From an uncultured virus (IMG/VR IMGVR_UViG_3300021164_000915) (taxonomy: Duplodnaviria > Heunggongvirae > Uroviricota > Caudoviricetes): a stretch of DNA of 64,000 bases. This document shows, one piece after another, positions 48,978 through 59,427 of the stretch. Within the stretch, counting starts at the first letter, position 1; every line of letters starts with the position of its first letter. Under the pieces are notes generated by a model. That model was not told where the DNA came from. It worked only from the letters and a program-made list of their open reading frames with translations, and ran no database searches. The stretch lies in IMG/VR virus record IMGVR_UViG_3300021164_000915, one strand, 5' to 3'. Position numbers and translations under genes: made by a program.

Positions 48978-50236
48978 ATACAGAAGCAGAGTTAATCTCA
49001 GCGGTATGCAAGAATAAAGATATTAGTACACTCCTTGCGGATAACGTAGACGATCTATTTACATCACATAAAGATATTTGGGATGGCCTCAAGTCATATT
49101 ACTATAAGTTTAAGGCTGTTCCAGAAGCTGGAATTCTTCAAGAAAAGTTTAAAGATTTTGAGCCAGTAGATGTTAAAGGACAGACTGGATACTATCTAGA
49201 TACACTTAAAAATGAATTTATTTCAAACAAGCTTAAGACTATTATTCTTCGTGCTGGCTCATCTTTAAAAGAAGATGCAGCCTCAAGAGTTCTTGAAAAT
49301 ATGCAGTCTCAATTAGCTGGGCTTAGTAGATTTACAAACAATGTCCGAGACCTAGACATTACAGATGCCGAAGCAGCAATTAGACACATGGAGTTATTGC
49401 GAGTTCGATCTGCTGAAATGGGTGGCTCTCCAGGCATCAAGACAGGTTTTGAAGCCATAGACTTAGCCTACCCAACAGGTATGGCTCCAGGTCACTTAAT
49501 CGTGGCTATCGGCTGGCCAGGGCGTGGTAAGACTTGGTTCACCTCCTACCTTGCATGCAAAGCTTGGGAGCAAGGATTTAAGCCAATGATTGTTTCTCTT
49601 GAGATGTCACCAGAGAATATGCGTGATCGTATTTATACAATGCTAGGGTCTGGTTTATTTAAAGCGTCTGATTTTTCTAAGGGAGATATTAATATTGATG
49701 ACTTCCGTTCATGGTCTTCAAAGAAATTTGCTGACAAGAATAGTTTTATCCTTATTTCAAATGAGGGCAATACCGAAGTAACACCAGCAACTATTCAGGG
49801 CAAGATAGATCAGCACAAACCAGATCTAGTTATCCTTGATTACCATCAGCTGTTTAATGATAATAAAAGAAGTAATTCTGAAGTTGAAAGAAACAGAAAT
49901 GTTTCTCGTGAGTTTAAGATGCTTGCAGTCTCAAACAATATTCCTATTATTGATATCACAGCAGCGACTGCGGATGATGTTTCGGATCAGGACAACCCTC
50001 CAATGATGTCTCAAGTGGCTTGGTCAAAGGCTATTGAGTATGATGCTGATATGGCTATGGCTGTTCATAGATATCCAGGCACTAATATGATTGAGATTGT
50101 CTCACGTAAAAATCGACATGGACATGAATTTGGTTTATACTTAGATTGGGATATCAACAGGGGTATCGTCAAAGAAATTTATGAGAATCCTTTCCAAAAT
50201 AATGAATCACAAACCGATAAAAAGATTCCAAGTTAG
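48974..50236 (+). CDS. dnaB: DnaB-like replicative helicase
   Basis: Walker A GWPGRGKT, SLEM, ILDY, IEYDAD, KNRHG. Confidence 0.92.
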   Translation: MNTEAELISAVCKNKDISTLLADNVDDLFTSHKDIWDGLKSYYYKFKAVPEAGILQEKFKDFEPVDVKGQTGYYLDTLKNEFISNKLKTIILRAGSSLKEDAASRVLENMQSQLAGLSRFTNNVRDLDITDAEAAIRHMELLRVRSAEMGGSPGIKTGFEAIDLAYPTGMAPGHLIVAIGWPGRGKTWFTSYLACKAWEQGFKPMIVSLEMSPENMRDRIYTMLGSGLFKASDFSKGDINIDDFRSWSSKKFADKNSFILISNEGNTEVTPATIQGKIDQHKPDLVILDYHQLFNDNKRSNSEVERNRNVSREFKMLAVSNNIPIIDITAATADDVSDQDNPPMMSQVAWSKAIEYDADMAMAVHRYPGTNMIEIVSRKNRHGHEFGLYLDWDINRGIVKEIYENPFQNNESQTDKKIPS

Positions 50237-50492
50237 AGTTGAATTTTTAGATGACTCTGATATGGTTCGCATTAAGCATCAATATGAAAGCATGCTTACG
50301 CACCAGATGAGAGACAAAGGGTATCTTAGGGTACTTGACATAGACACCAACTTTTCGGTAGAATTTGATGGCACAACATGGATGTTCTTAATGACACTCT
50401 ATGGCACTTACGTAGGAAAGAAGAAAGCATGGCGGCACGAAGCAATTACGCAAGGAAAGCTGATACCACGCAATACTCTAAGCAACATATAA
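50202..50492 (+). CDS. Hypothetical protein
   Basis: ORF bridging helicase and primase. Confidence 0.55.
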   Translation: MNHKPIKRFQVRVEFLDDSDMVRIKHQYESMLTHQMRDKGYLRVLDIDTNFSVEFDGTTWMFLMTLYGTYVGKKKAWRHEAITQGKLIPRNTLSNI

Positions 50493-51433
50493 AGGCAATT
50501 GTAAAGAGCCTTGGCTTACAGGTAGCTGGTGAAACAGACATAGAGGTTTCTTTTTACTGCCCATTTCATTCCAACCGACACAGCGCAAGTTGTAGTATTA
50601 GTAAAACAACTGGGGCATGGCTATGCTTTAATCCATCGTGTGGTGAAACGGGATCATTAATAGAACTAGTTAAAAGAGTTTTGCATAAGAATGACTTTGA
50701 GGCCATGAGATATGTCTATTCAAAAGAAGCAGAGACATTAGAAAACTTTGATGATCTTCTAAACGATATGCTAGAAGACAAGCCAGACTTCGTAGAGTTT
50801 CCAGAAGAGATACTAAAGAATCTACATAATGATTTAGTTGCAAGCAAAGAAGCACAAGACTACTTTAAGTCTAGAGGAATCGATATGTCTTCAATTGCCC
50901 ATTTCTCTTTAGGCTATTCTCCAAAGCAGGATATGGTAACAGTTCCAGTACATAGCCCAGACGGACTTGCAGTAGGCATCGTGGGCAGATCTATTTCAGA
51001 AAAGAAATTTAAAAACAGTACCAACCTCCCCAGAAGCAAGACTATGTTTAACATTCACCGTGCTAAAAAAATAGGTGACAATGTTATTATTGTAGAGTCT
51101 AGCTTTGATGCAATCCGTGTTCATCAGGCGGGATTCCCCAATGTTATTGCAACACTTGGCGGGCATATATCCACAGAAAATATTGCATTAATAAATAGAT
51201 ATTTTAATAAAGTTACTTTAATGACTGATGCTGACCACGCTGGTCGTGAGCTTGCCAATAGCATTGCCTCTAGATTAAAGAATAAAGACCTCTTGTGGGC
51301 TTCGTATGAATATGGTAAGATATATCCACATGATGCAAAAGATGCTGGCGATTTGACCGAAGAGGAAATTAAAGCCTGTATTAAAAACGCAGTTTCCAAT
51401 ATTGAATATCAATCTTGGACCCATCAAAAATAA
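50429..51433 (+). CDS. dnaG: DNA primase (CHC2 zinc finger + TOPRIM)
   Basis: CPFH..C...C; IVES.FD; MTDADHAG; KDAGD. Confidence 0.9.
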   Translation: MAARSNYARKADTTQYSKQHIKAIVKSLGLQVAGETDIEVSFYCPFHSNRHSASCSISKTTGAWLCFNPSCGETGSLIELVKRVLHKNDFEAMRYVYSKEAETLENFDDLLNDMLEDKPDFVEFPEEILKNLHNDLVASKEAQDYFKSRGIDMSSIAHFSLGYSPKQDMVTVPVHSPDGLAVGIVGRSISEKKFKNSTNLPRSKTMFNIHRAKKIGDNVIIVESSFDAIRVHQAGFPNVIATLGGHISTENIALINRYFNKVTLMTDADHAGRELANSIASRLKNKDLLWASYEYGKIYPHDAKDAGDLTEEEIKACIKNAVSNIEYQSWTHQK

Positions 51434-51475
51434 TCAACAGATGGATTTACACCATCAATTACAAAGGAGAAATAT

Positions 51476-52147
51476 ATGGGAATAGTAAAAGGTCTAAAAG
51501 ATCTTAATAAAGTTATGGACAAGCCACAGTCAAGCGGTGGCGAAGGAACAAAGGGCCGTTGGGTAAAGCTAGAGGATGCAGAAAGCGTAAAGATTCGCTT
51601 CTTGCAGGAACTAGATCCAGATTCACCTACATACAGCGAAAAGGCTGGGCTTGGGTTTATTGCTGTAGAGCACACAAATCCAAAAGACTATCGCCGTAAG
51701 GGTCTTTGCACAATGGAAGATCAAGGCAAGTGCTACGGATGTGAACAACACCGTAAAGATTACAAGGCGGGATGGAAGGGTCGTTCACGACTTTACATTA
51801 ATGTTCTTGTTGACGATGGCAAGGAAGATCCATACGTGGCTATTCTTTCTCAAGGGTCAAGCGGTAAAACAATTACCCCAACACTAATTGAATATGCTGG
51901 CGAAATGGGAAGCATCACTAATCTGATGTGGCGTGTTAAGCGTTCTGGAACAAAGACAGACACAAGTTACACAATCATTCCTTTAGCAAAAGATGAGGCG
52001 CCATTTGATGCTTCGTCGCTAGAACTGTTTGAGCTTGAAACAGCAGCAGTTCGTGACATGCCTTATACAGAACAAGAAGCTTTCTTTGCTGGCGAAAGTA
52101 CTCATGCAGATGAGCCTTCAGCAACTAGCAGCAACTTAGACTGGTAA
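51476..52147 (+). CDS. Single-stranded DNA-binding protein (phage type)
   Basis: KIRFLQ, Cys/His cluster, R.G...DTSY, acidic tail ending LDW; lies between primase and polymerase. Confidence 0.7.
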   Translation: MGIVKGLKDLNKVMDKPQSSGGEGTKGRWVKLEDAESVKIRFLQELDPDSPTYSEKAGLGFIAVEHTNPKDYRRKGLCTMEDQGKCYGCEQHRKDYKAGWKGRSRLYINVLVDDGKEDPYVAILSQGSSGKTITPTLIEYAGEMGSITNLMWRVKRSGTKTDTSYTIIPLAKDEAPFDASSLELFELETAAVRDMPYTEQEAFFAGESTHADEPSATSSNLDW

Positions 52148-52158
52148 ACAATTAAATA

Positions 52159-52201
52159 GCAGGGGCAGTCTATTGACTGCCCCTGTATTATTTAGTAGAA
52201 T
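52159..52201 (+). terminator. Hairpin terminator overlapping a TTGACT-N17-TAGAAT promoter
   Basis: GCAGGGGCAGTC-tatt-GACTGCCCCTGT; -35 at 52173, -10 at 52196. Confidence 0.65.
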
Positions 52202-52207
52202 GACAAT

Positions 52208-52414
52208 ATGATATCATACGAAATACCAGATCCTTTTGATACTTTTGTGGCGCACAAGTATAAAGACTATAAAGGAATGCTCTATGATTTCTTTGCAAGA
52301 GAATGGCATTTAAAAGCAGCGTGTTGTGGCGAAGACCTTTATGCGCCAAACAAAAAAACTATGACTAAGATAAGACTTTATCATACAAGAAACGAATGCA
52401 TGGGCGGATACTAA
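52208..52414 (+). CDS. Small hypothetical protein with Cys/His
   Basis: TAATG overlap with dnaE. Confidence 0.6.
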   Translation: MISYEIPDPFDTFVAHKYKDYKGMLYDFFAREWHLKAACCGEDLYAPNKKTMTKIRLYHTRNECMGGY

Positions 52415-55400
52415 TGAGCTTTACACACCTACATGTTCATTCATACTATTCATTAATGGATGGACTAAATTCACCTAAAGAATTGTGCCAAGCAGCGTTA
52501 GATGCTGGGCAAACTGCGATTGCAATTACAGACCATGGTACTCTCTCTTCACACAGAGATATGCAAATTGCCGCAAAGGAAACTGGCATTAAGCCAATTC
52601 TTGGTGTTGAGGCGTACATTTCTCCAACAGATAGGTTTGATAGATCCTCTAAAACGGATAAGTCTATTCAGGCCTATAACCATATTATTTTGCTAGCGAA
52701 AAATAAAAAGGGGTTGGAGAATATAAATATTCTACAAGAGCTAGCATGGAACGAAGGCTTTTATCATAAGCCTAGAATTGACAGAGAGGTTTTAAATGAT
52801 TATAGCGAAGGTATTATCGTTCTCAGCGGATGTCTTAATGGACTCATTAGTAAGGCTATCGATAAAGGCAACATGGAGGAAGCAGAACTTCTTCTCAAAG
52901 GCTTTAAACAAACTTTCGGACAAGATTTTTACGTGGAAGTGCAATCACATAACCCTATGGAGATCAACTCCGCCCTTCTAGAATTAGCAGACAAGCTTGG
53001 AATTAAGGCGGTGGCAACAGGAGATGCCCACTTTGCTAAAGAAGAAGATAGAATATTAGAAGAAGCGCTACTAATTCTATCAACATCTCCAAAGGCTGAT
53101 AAAGATATGGACTTTGATATGTCCAGAAATATGAAAGATATGTTAGATAGATTTAACTATCTTTATCCTGACCGCAGAATCTCATTTCAAGATATGAATC
53201 TCTTTATTCAAAGCCGTTCTGAGATAGAGGCAGACTTTAATAAAGCTGGAATTAATCGAACAGACATTTATGAGAATACAATGGAGATTGCAGATAAGGT
53301 TGGAGATTATGATTTCCACCAGGGCTTAGACCTCCTGCCAGTTCCAAAGACCGATGCTGATGAAAGACTAAGGGAGTTGGCTGAGAAGGGCTTAGATAGG
53401 CTTCAGAAGGCCTCAGACCCTATTTATATAGACAGGCTTAACGAAGAGCTTGCTATTATTGCTAAGAAAAATTTTGCTTCATACTTCCTTGTTGTTGGAG
53501 ATATGATTAATTGGGCTAAAGAAAATAACATTATGGTTGGTCCTGGTCGTGGATCTGCCGCTGGATCTTTAGTTTGTTATACATTAGGAATTACCGATGT
53601 GGATCCAATTAAGTATGACCTTCTGTTCTTTAGATTTATTAATGAAGAACGTAACGACTTTCCAGATATTGATACTGACTTCGAAGACCGCAGAAGAAAA
53701 GAAGTTAAAGATTATTTAAAGAAAAGGTTTAAGCACGTTGCTTCCATTTCGACATACACTTATTTTAAAGACAAAGGTGTTGTTAGAGATGCTGCTCGTG
53801 TATTCATGGTTCCTCTTCAAGAAGTTAACCGTGCACTAAAGTCTGTAGATACATTTGAAGACTTTATAGATTCTCCAAACACAAAAGAATTTAGAATGCG
53901 ATACCCAGAAGTTGTTTGGCTTGCCGACAGACTTCGTGGAAGAATCAGATCAGTAGGCGTACACGCTGCTGGTGTGGTTGTTGCAAAAGATGATTTAAGA
54001 AAGTTTGCACCAGTTGAATCTCGTGAAGACTCTCAAGATAAAGTATCAGGAAGAATTCCAGTCGTCGCATACGATATGGATACGGTTGCAGATATAGGTC
54101 TTATTAAGCTAGATGCACTAGGTCTTAAGACTTTATCTGTGATCTCTGATACATTGAAGTCGATTAAAGATAGGCACGGCAAGACAATTAATCTTTCCGA
54201 AATGACCATGGATGACGCCAATGTTTACAAGATGCTAAACGACGGGTATACAAAAGGTGTATTCCAAGCAGAAGCAACTCCTTACACAAACCTTTTGATT
54301 AAGATGGGTGTAGACAAGTTTGAGGATCTTGCTGCTTCTAATGCACTTGTTCGTCCTGGTGCAATGAATACAGTGGGTGCAGCTTATATTGGCCGTAAGA
54401 ATGGCAATGAAGCTGTGGACTACATGCATAAAATAATGAAGCCTTTTACCGAGAATACATATGGTGTTATTATATATCAAGAGCAAGTTATGCAGGCATG
54501 TGTACACTTGGGCGGTATGACTTGGGCAGAGGCTGATAAGGTCCGCAAGATTATTGGAAAGAAAAAGGATGCAAAAGAGTTCGACCAGTTCAAAGATAAG
54601 TTTATTGCTGGGGCTTCAGAACACATTACTAAGAAAAAAGCCGAAGCGCTATGGCATGATTTTGAAGCGCATGCTGGTTATTCTTTTAACCGTTCCCATG
54701 CTGTTGCTTACTCTATGCTTAGTTATTATACTGCTTGGCTTAAGTTTTATTATCCGCTTGAGTTCATGTTTTCAATTCTTAAAAATGAAAATGACAAAGA
54801 CGCAAGAACAGAATATTTAATTGAGTCAAAGAGACTGGGACTCAAGGTATTACTGCCCCACATCAACGAGTCTCAAGTTTATTTTTCATTACAAGACAAC
54901 GCAATTAGATTTGGATTGGCTGAAGTAAAGTTTATTTCAGACAGCATTGCAAACAAAATAATAGAAAGAAGACCGTTCAGTGACTATGCTGACTTTATTG
55001 ATAAGGCATCGAAAAAGGGTTCTGGCATTAATAGCCGTGCTATTGCTGCTCTTAACTCCATCGGCGGTGCTGCGTTTACTGATAACAAAAGGCAAGGAAA
55101 TGAAAAAGATAATTACTACGAATACTTAGGTATTCCAACATTTAATCTTGAAGGAATCCCTCCAAGGATTAAAGCTCAGGCAAGACCAATTGAAGAGTTT
55201 GATGACCTTGGTTCATTTGTAATGTTTGGAATGGTGAAGTCAATCAAGCGTGGAAATGGGTGGGCTAGAGTAGAGCTTGTAGATGAAACTGGGTCCGTTG
55301 GATTATTCCATACCGAGCAAACACAAATTGAAACAGGTCAAATGTATTTTATTTTGGTCGGAGATAATAGAATATCCAGATACATCAAGGTATCAGATAT

Positions 55401-55683
55401 TAATCCAGACTCTAATGATTTATTTGTAGACTATTTATATAGAAAGAGCTACGATCTTGAAGAAGACGAGTACATTGTGGTAAACTTTACACCTTATACA
55501 ACAAAGGCTGGAAAGCAAATGAGCCACATTGTGTTGTCAGATAGAGACAAAAAGTTAACAAGAGCAATTGCTTTCCCAGCAATGTATAAAATGACTTTAG
55601 CAAAAATGCGAGAAGGAATGAAATGCAAGGTGACGTTAGCTAAACTAGATGACGGAACGCTAAATATCAAGGAGATAAAATGA
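52414..55683 (+). CDS. dnaE: DNA polymerase III alpha subunit
   Basis: PHP domain HLHVHSYYSLMDG, GRGSAAGSLV, PDIDTDF, KLDALGL, YSFNRSHA. Confidence 0.95.
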   Translation: MSFTHLHVHSYYSLMDGLNSPKELCQAALDAGQTAIAITDHGTLSSHRDMQIAAKETGIKPILGVEAYISPTDRFDRSSKTDKSIQAYNHIILLAKNKKGLENINILQELAWNEGFYHKPRIDREVLNDYSEGIIVLSGCLNGLISKAIDKGNMEEAELLLKGFKQTFGQDFYVEVQSHNPMEINSALLELADKLGIKAVATGDAHFAKEEDRILEEALLILSTSPKADKDMDFDMSRNMKDMLDRFNYLYPDRRISFQDMNLFIQSRSEIEADFNKAGINRTDIYENTMEIADKVGDYDFHQGLDLLPVPKTDADERLRELAEKGLDRLQKASDPIYIDRLNEELAIIAKKNFASYFLVVGDMINWAKENNIMVGPGRGSAAGSLVCYTLGITDVDPIKYDLLFFRFINEERNDFPDIDTDFEDRRRKEVKDYLKKRFKHVASISTYTYFKDKGVVRDAARVFMVPLQEVNRALKSVDTFEDFIDSPNTKEFRMRYPEVVWLADRLRGRIRSVGVHAAGVVVAKDDLRKFAPVESREDSQDKVSGRIPVVAYDMDTVADIGLIKLDALGLKTLSVISDTLKSIKDRHGKTINLSEMTMDDANVYKMLNDGYTKGVFQAEATPYTNLLIKMGVDKFEDLAASNALVRPGAMNTVGAAYIGRKNGNEAVDYMHKIMKPFTENTYGVIIYQEQVMQACVHLGGMTWAEADKVRKIIGKKKDAKEFDQFKDKFIAGASEHITKKKAEALWHDFEAHAGYSFNRSHAVAYSMLSYYTAWLKFYYPLEFMFSILKNENDKDARTEYLIESKRLGLKVLLPHINESQVYFSLQDNAIRFGLAEVKFISDSIANKIIERRPFSDYADFIDKASKKGSGINSRAIAALNSIGGAAFTDNKRQGNEKDNYYEYLGIPTFNLEGIPPRIKAQARPIEEFDDLGSFVMFGMVKSIKRGNGWARVELVDETGSVGLFHTEQTQIETGQMYFILVGDNRISRYIKVSDINPDSNDLFVDYLYRKSYDLEEDEYIVVNFTPYTTKAGKQMSHIVLSDRDKKLTRAIAFPAMYKMTLAKMREGMKCKVTLAKLDDGTLNIKEIK

Positions 55684-55931
55684 CAGAAGACATTAAAGTG
55701 AGTACAGCAGAGGATATATTTGGTGCCCTTAGCGTACCAAAGATTTTAATTGCGGCACTAGAGACGCTTGGCACAATCACAGTGCCCACAGATTTATTTA
55801 TGAATGCTGCAACAGATGACCAAGAACTTAAGGTTGATTACAATTCAGATGATCAGACATTTACATTTACGCTAAAAGGAAAAAATGAATCAGGGTTCAA
55901 TAACGACCAGCTCATTACAGACTTCGAGTAA
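55680..55931 (+). CDS. Hypothetical protein
   Basis: AAGGAG RBS, ATGA overlap. Confidence 0.6.
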   Translation: MTEDIKVSTAEDIFGALSVPKILIAALETLGTITVPTDLFMNAATDDQELKVDYNSDDQTFTFTLKGKNESGFNNDQLITDFE

Positions 55932-55938
55932 AGGTGAG

Positions 55939-56277
55939 ATGGTACTAGTCACAGACTATGGGCTAGACGTACTTGCAGCATTATTGCACGAGACTGCAAT
56001 TGAAAAGGGGTTTTGGGATAAGCCAAAAAACTTTGACGTGTTTGGAAACAAGTTGGCTTTAATACACTCTGAGGTAACCGAAGTTCTTGAAGCTATAAGA
56101 AAGAATAAAGGATCTGAAGAAATCGTAGAAGAGATGGTTGACATCTTAATTAGAACTCTTGACCTATATGCATCAATGCGTAACGGTGGTTTTGTAGAAC
56201 ATAGTTTAGATGAAGTTTTATTTAAAAAAATGGAAATTAATAAAGAAAGACCAAAGCTTCACGGCAATTTATTTTAA
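55939..56277 (+). CDS. MazG-like NTP pyrophosphohydrolase
   Basis: LIHSEVTEVLEA..EEMVDILIR..KKMEIN; ATG 55939 after AAGGTG preferred. Confidence 0.8.
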   Translation: MVLVTDYGLDVLAALLHETAIEKGFWDKPKNFDVFGNKLALIHSEVTEVLEAIRKNKGSEEIVEEMVDILIRTLDLYASMRNGGFVEHSLDEVLFKKMEINKERPKLHGNLF

Positions 56278-56307
56278 TGATATAATTGTATAAAAGAAAG
56301 AGAATAA

Positions 56308-57312
56308 ATGACTATAGCGATAGACGATATCCTAGCAGCACTAGATCCAAAAACAAGAGCAAGAGTTAAAGCAGCACAAGACGTAAAAGTAGAAAAGCAA
56401 AAGACACCAAGCATTGGCCTTAACATGGCCTTAAAAGGTGGGCTTGGCTACGGAAGACAGGTTCTTGTTTGGGGCAATAAGTCAGCGGGAAAATCTTCAT
56501 TCTGTTTACAGATGATTGCGATTGCACAAAAAGAAGGTAAGACTTGTGCATGGATTGATGCTGAAGCATCATACGATCAGGCTTGGGCAGAGATGCTTGG
56601 AGTAGATTCGTCTTCCCTTATCTACTCACCAGCTAAAACAGTTAATGATATGGTCGATGTTGCTACCAAGCTAATGGATGCGGGTGTTGATATTATTGTA
56701 GTTGATTCTATATCAGCATTACTACCAGCTATTTATTTTGAAAAAGATGGAAATGAAATGAAAGATTTGCAAGACACAAAGCAAATCGGCGCTGAAGCAA
56801 AGGATATGACTCACGCAGTCAAGATGTTAAACTATGCAAACAAGAACACATTATTGGTACTCATCTCACAACAGAGAAATCAGTTTGGATCTATGCATGC
56901 CTCCCACATACCGACAGGAGGAATGGCAGTCAAGTTCTTCTCTTCCACCGTCATTAAGCTTTGGTCTTCTGAGGCTGAAGCTAATGCTATCAAAGCAGGC
57001 GTTAAGGTTGGCGACAAGATTATTGAACAAAGAGTTGGCAGACCAGTCAATTGGATTATTGATTACAACAAACTCGGCCCCCCTAACTTATCTGGACAAT
57101 ACGATTTCTACTACCAAGGAGAATCCCTAGGGGTTGATCTTGTAGGAGAGACTTTAGATGTAGCAGAAATGGTGGGTGCCATAGAAAAGGGTGGAGCTTG
57201 GTATACTGTTAATGGAGAAAGATTACAGGGACGTGCTAAGGCAGTAGCTTACCTTAGAGGAAACCCAGATGTCGTAGACAAGTTAGTAAAGGATATCAAT
57301 GCCAAATCTTAA
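56308..57312 (+). CDS. recA: RecA/UvsX-like recombinase
   Basis: GNKSAGKS, WIDAE, VVDSISAL, GGMAVKFFSS, GAWY. Confidence 0.92.
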   Translation: MTIAIDDILAALDPKTRARVKAAQDVKVEKQKTPSIGLNMALKGGLGYGRQVLVWGNKSAGKSSFCLQMIAIAQKEGKTCAWIDAEASYDQAWAEMLGVDSSSLIYSPAKTVNDMVDVATKLMDAGVDIIVVDSISALLPAIYFEKDGNEMKDLQDTKQIGAEAKDMTHAVKMLNYANKNTLLVLISQQRNQFGSMHASHIPTGGMAVKFFSSTVIKLWSSEAEANAIKAGVKVGDKIIEQRVGRPVNWIIDYNKLGPPNLSGQYDFYYQGESLGVDLVGETLDVAEMVGAIEKGGAWYTVNGERLQGRAKAVAYLRGNPDVVDKLVKDINAKS

Positions 57313-57490
57313 TGAATTTCTTAAAAAAGAAGAGCCGAAGCAAATCAATTCTACATTCGAAGACCTTCCAGGAATAAAGCCATGCTCTAAGTGTGATGTT
57401 GATGTAGATGGTGGGTTGTGGGATCCCGAAAATTTAATAATGAAGTGGACGTGCCCAGAAGGTCACGAAACAATACATAGGGTTGGATAA
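57299..57490 (+). CDS. Small zinc-binding protein
   Basis: CSKC...CPEGH. Confidence 0.6.
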   Translation: MPNLNEFLKKEEPKQINSTFEDLPGIKPCSKCDVDVDGGLWDPENLIMKWTCPEGHETIHRVG

Positions 57491-57491
57491 T

Positions 57492-58319
57492 ATGAAATAC
57501 GCAGACGTACAGAAGATACAGGTTGCACCTCAAATAGTTGTCTATAGAAATATATTTAAATTTAATCAAGAGATGATTGACCTGCTTGACAAAGACAATG
57601 CTGACTCTATTCTAGACCCTTGGAGAGATTGGTATGATCAGGGAGAGCGAAGAGGCATACTCTTTAATAAATTTAATGATATATCTGAATCTGATACTAA
57701 TGTGGCAAAAAAAGAAAAAGAATATCTAAAAGAAATTTATGACATAACGGACTTTATTAATAACGATTACTTTAATGAATTTAAAAACAATGGCACTTGG
57801 CCCGAATTCATTCTTGACTGGGATAAACTAAAGTCAATAGAAGATGAAATCTATATTGATTATTTTAAGTATGAACATGAAAAGGAAAAAAGATTTAACC
57901 GACCAGCAGAAAAGCTTCTGATGGATTATCATATTGATGAGCTTCCAATACCAAATGAAATTAAATTTAGAAGGCATGTAGCAACAATTAATTTTTATTT
58001 AAATAACACTTACGACGGCGGCGAAATTTGTGTGTACGATGATGTATCTAAGAAAAGCTATAAGTATAAGCCAATGCCAGGAGATGCAGTTATAATGCCG
58101 TCCACAGAGCCATTTTATCATGGAGTAAAACAATACTTTAATGCTAATAGATATTTTGCAAGAACATTTTTAGACTATGTATCAGACAAGAATATATCCT
58201 GGGAAAGCAAATACATCGTAGAGCCTGATGCTGTGATGACAGAATCAGAATATGTTGACAACGATCTTCAGATAATAAAGATATCTACTAACGAGATTAC
58301 AGTAGAGAACGGTTCTTAG
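57492..58319 (+). CDS. 2OG-Fe(II) oxygenase
   Basis: MDYHID..FYLNNTYDGGEI..PS..YHGV....RYF; start 57483 or 57492. Confidence 0.8.
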   Translation: MKYADVQKIQVAPQIVVYRNIFKFNQEMIDLLDKDNADSILDPWRDWYDQGERRGILFNKFNDISESDTNVAKKEKEYLKEIYDITDFINNDYFNEFKNNGTWPEFILDWDKLKSIEDEIYIDYFKYEHEKEKRFNRPAEKLLMDYHIDELPIPNEIKFRRHVATINFYLNNTYDGGEICVYDDVSKKSYKYKPMPGDAVIMPSTEPFYHGVKQYFNANRYFARTFLDYVSDKNISWESKYIVEPDAVMTESEYVDNDLQIIKISTNEITVENGS

Positions 58320-58320
58320 T

Positions 58321-58635
58321 ATGTCGGAAAGATCAGAGATAAAAAGAGATGGCGCAAAAGGACAAAAAAATTCTGGGCGTGGGGACTACCAAAAGGGAGA
58401 TGCTCTATGGCATAACTTTGTGGTAGATTACAAAGAGTACTCAAAATCTATTTCTATATCAAAGGGAATGTGGTCCAAAATATGCACCGACACATTTAAA
58501 GTCAGCAGAGACAAGAGTCCAGTTCTAAAATTAGTATTGGGTTCTGATGGATCTAAAACAAGACTTGCAGTAATAGAGTGGGCAATGCTAGAACAATTAA
58601 TAGAATGTTGGGAGAAAAACAATGTACACGGTTAA
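58321..58635 (+). CDS. PD-(D/E)xK nuclease / resolvase-like protein
   Basis: NSGRG..KGDA....VVDYK motif. Confidence 0.6.
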   Translation: MSERSEIKRDGAKGQKNSGRGDYQKGDALWHNFVVDYKEYSKSISISKGMWSKICTDTFKVSRDKSPVLKLVLGSDGSKTRLAVIEWAMLEQLIECWEKNNVHG

Positions 58636-59326
58636 TGCATACAGAGACAACCACAGAGACCTGTCAGCAAAAATAAGACAATTGCCTCCAAAGAGAGACT
58701 GGATGCACTCAGTTACATACAACTGTACTCCAATAATGGCAGCAAACTCTCTTGGGTATGGAATTTATTTTGACCAAGACATTTCATTTGTCTGGGACGG
58801 CGATAGAAAGAACCCAGCCACAGCAATACTTGGAGGAGATCATATATGGTCTGGTAGAGGGGAAGGAACCGTAAGCTTTAATACTAATCTAATATTTAGA
58901 ACTGACCCAGATGTAAGCATACTTACCATGCCAGTACCAAATCAATTTATTGAAGGTGCAGAAGTTATAACAACCGTTTTATCATCATCTATATTTACAG
59001 GATCATTTCCAATTGTATGGAAACTTCATGAACCAAACAGAGAGTATTTTGTAAAGGCTGGAACGGATGTTGCCTGTATACTTCCAGTTTCAATTGCACA
59101 ATTTCAAGACTCAAACATCAATGTTTTAAATGAGATCTACCCATCAGATAAAAGAATTCAAGACACGCAAGGATACCTAGATGAAATTCAAAGAGCAGTT
59201 TCAGCGGATGAGCCAAGGCTAAAGATGTACAAAAAAGCTATAGACCATAAAGGAAACAAGATAGGAAAACATGAGGTTGATAATCTAAAAATGAAGGTAA
59301 CAGAATTTGAGGGTAATTTAAAATGA
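58622..59326 (+). CDS. DUF6065-like protein (paralog of 8951-9655)
   Basis: RDWM..YNCTP..ANSLG, DISFVWDG, MPVPNQFI shared with the first copy. Confidence 0.7.
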   Translation: MYTVNAYRDNHRDLSAKIRQLPPKRDWMHSVTYNCTPIMAANSLGYGIYFDQDISFVWDGDRKNPATAILGGDHIWSGRGEGTVSFNTNLIFRTDPDVSILTMPVPNQFIEGAEVITTVLSSSIFTGSFPIVWKLHEPNREYFVKAGTDVACILPVSIAQFQDSNINVLNEIYPSDKRIQDTQGYLDEIQRAVSADEPRLKMYKKAIDHKGNKIGKHEVDNLKMKVTEFEGNLK

Positions 59327-59427
59327 CTATGTTTTTATTAGGATTAATGGTAGGATTTATTATTGGGTATCCAGTCGGACTATTCATTGACAAGTGGGAC
59401 AAGAGGATTAAAAATGGCGGAAGATAA
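59323..59427 (+). CDS. 34-aa single-pass membrane peptide (not in ORF track)
   Basis: MTMFLLGLMVGFIIGYPVGLFIDKWDKRIKNGGR; ATGA overlap. Confidence 0.55.
   Translation: MTMFLLGLMVGFIIGYPVGLFIDKWDKRIKNGGR

Noticed and set aside
48974..57312. Inteins or introns in DnaB, DnaE or RecA
   Set aside because: Proteins are of ordinary length with contiguous motifs and no Hint signatures
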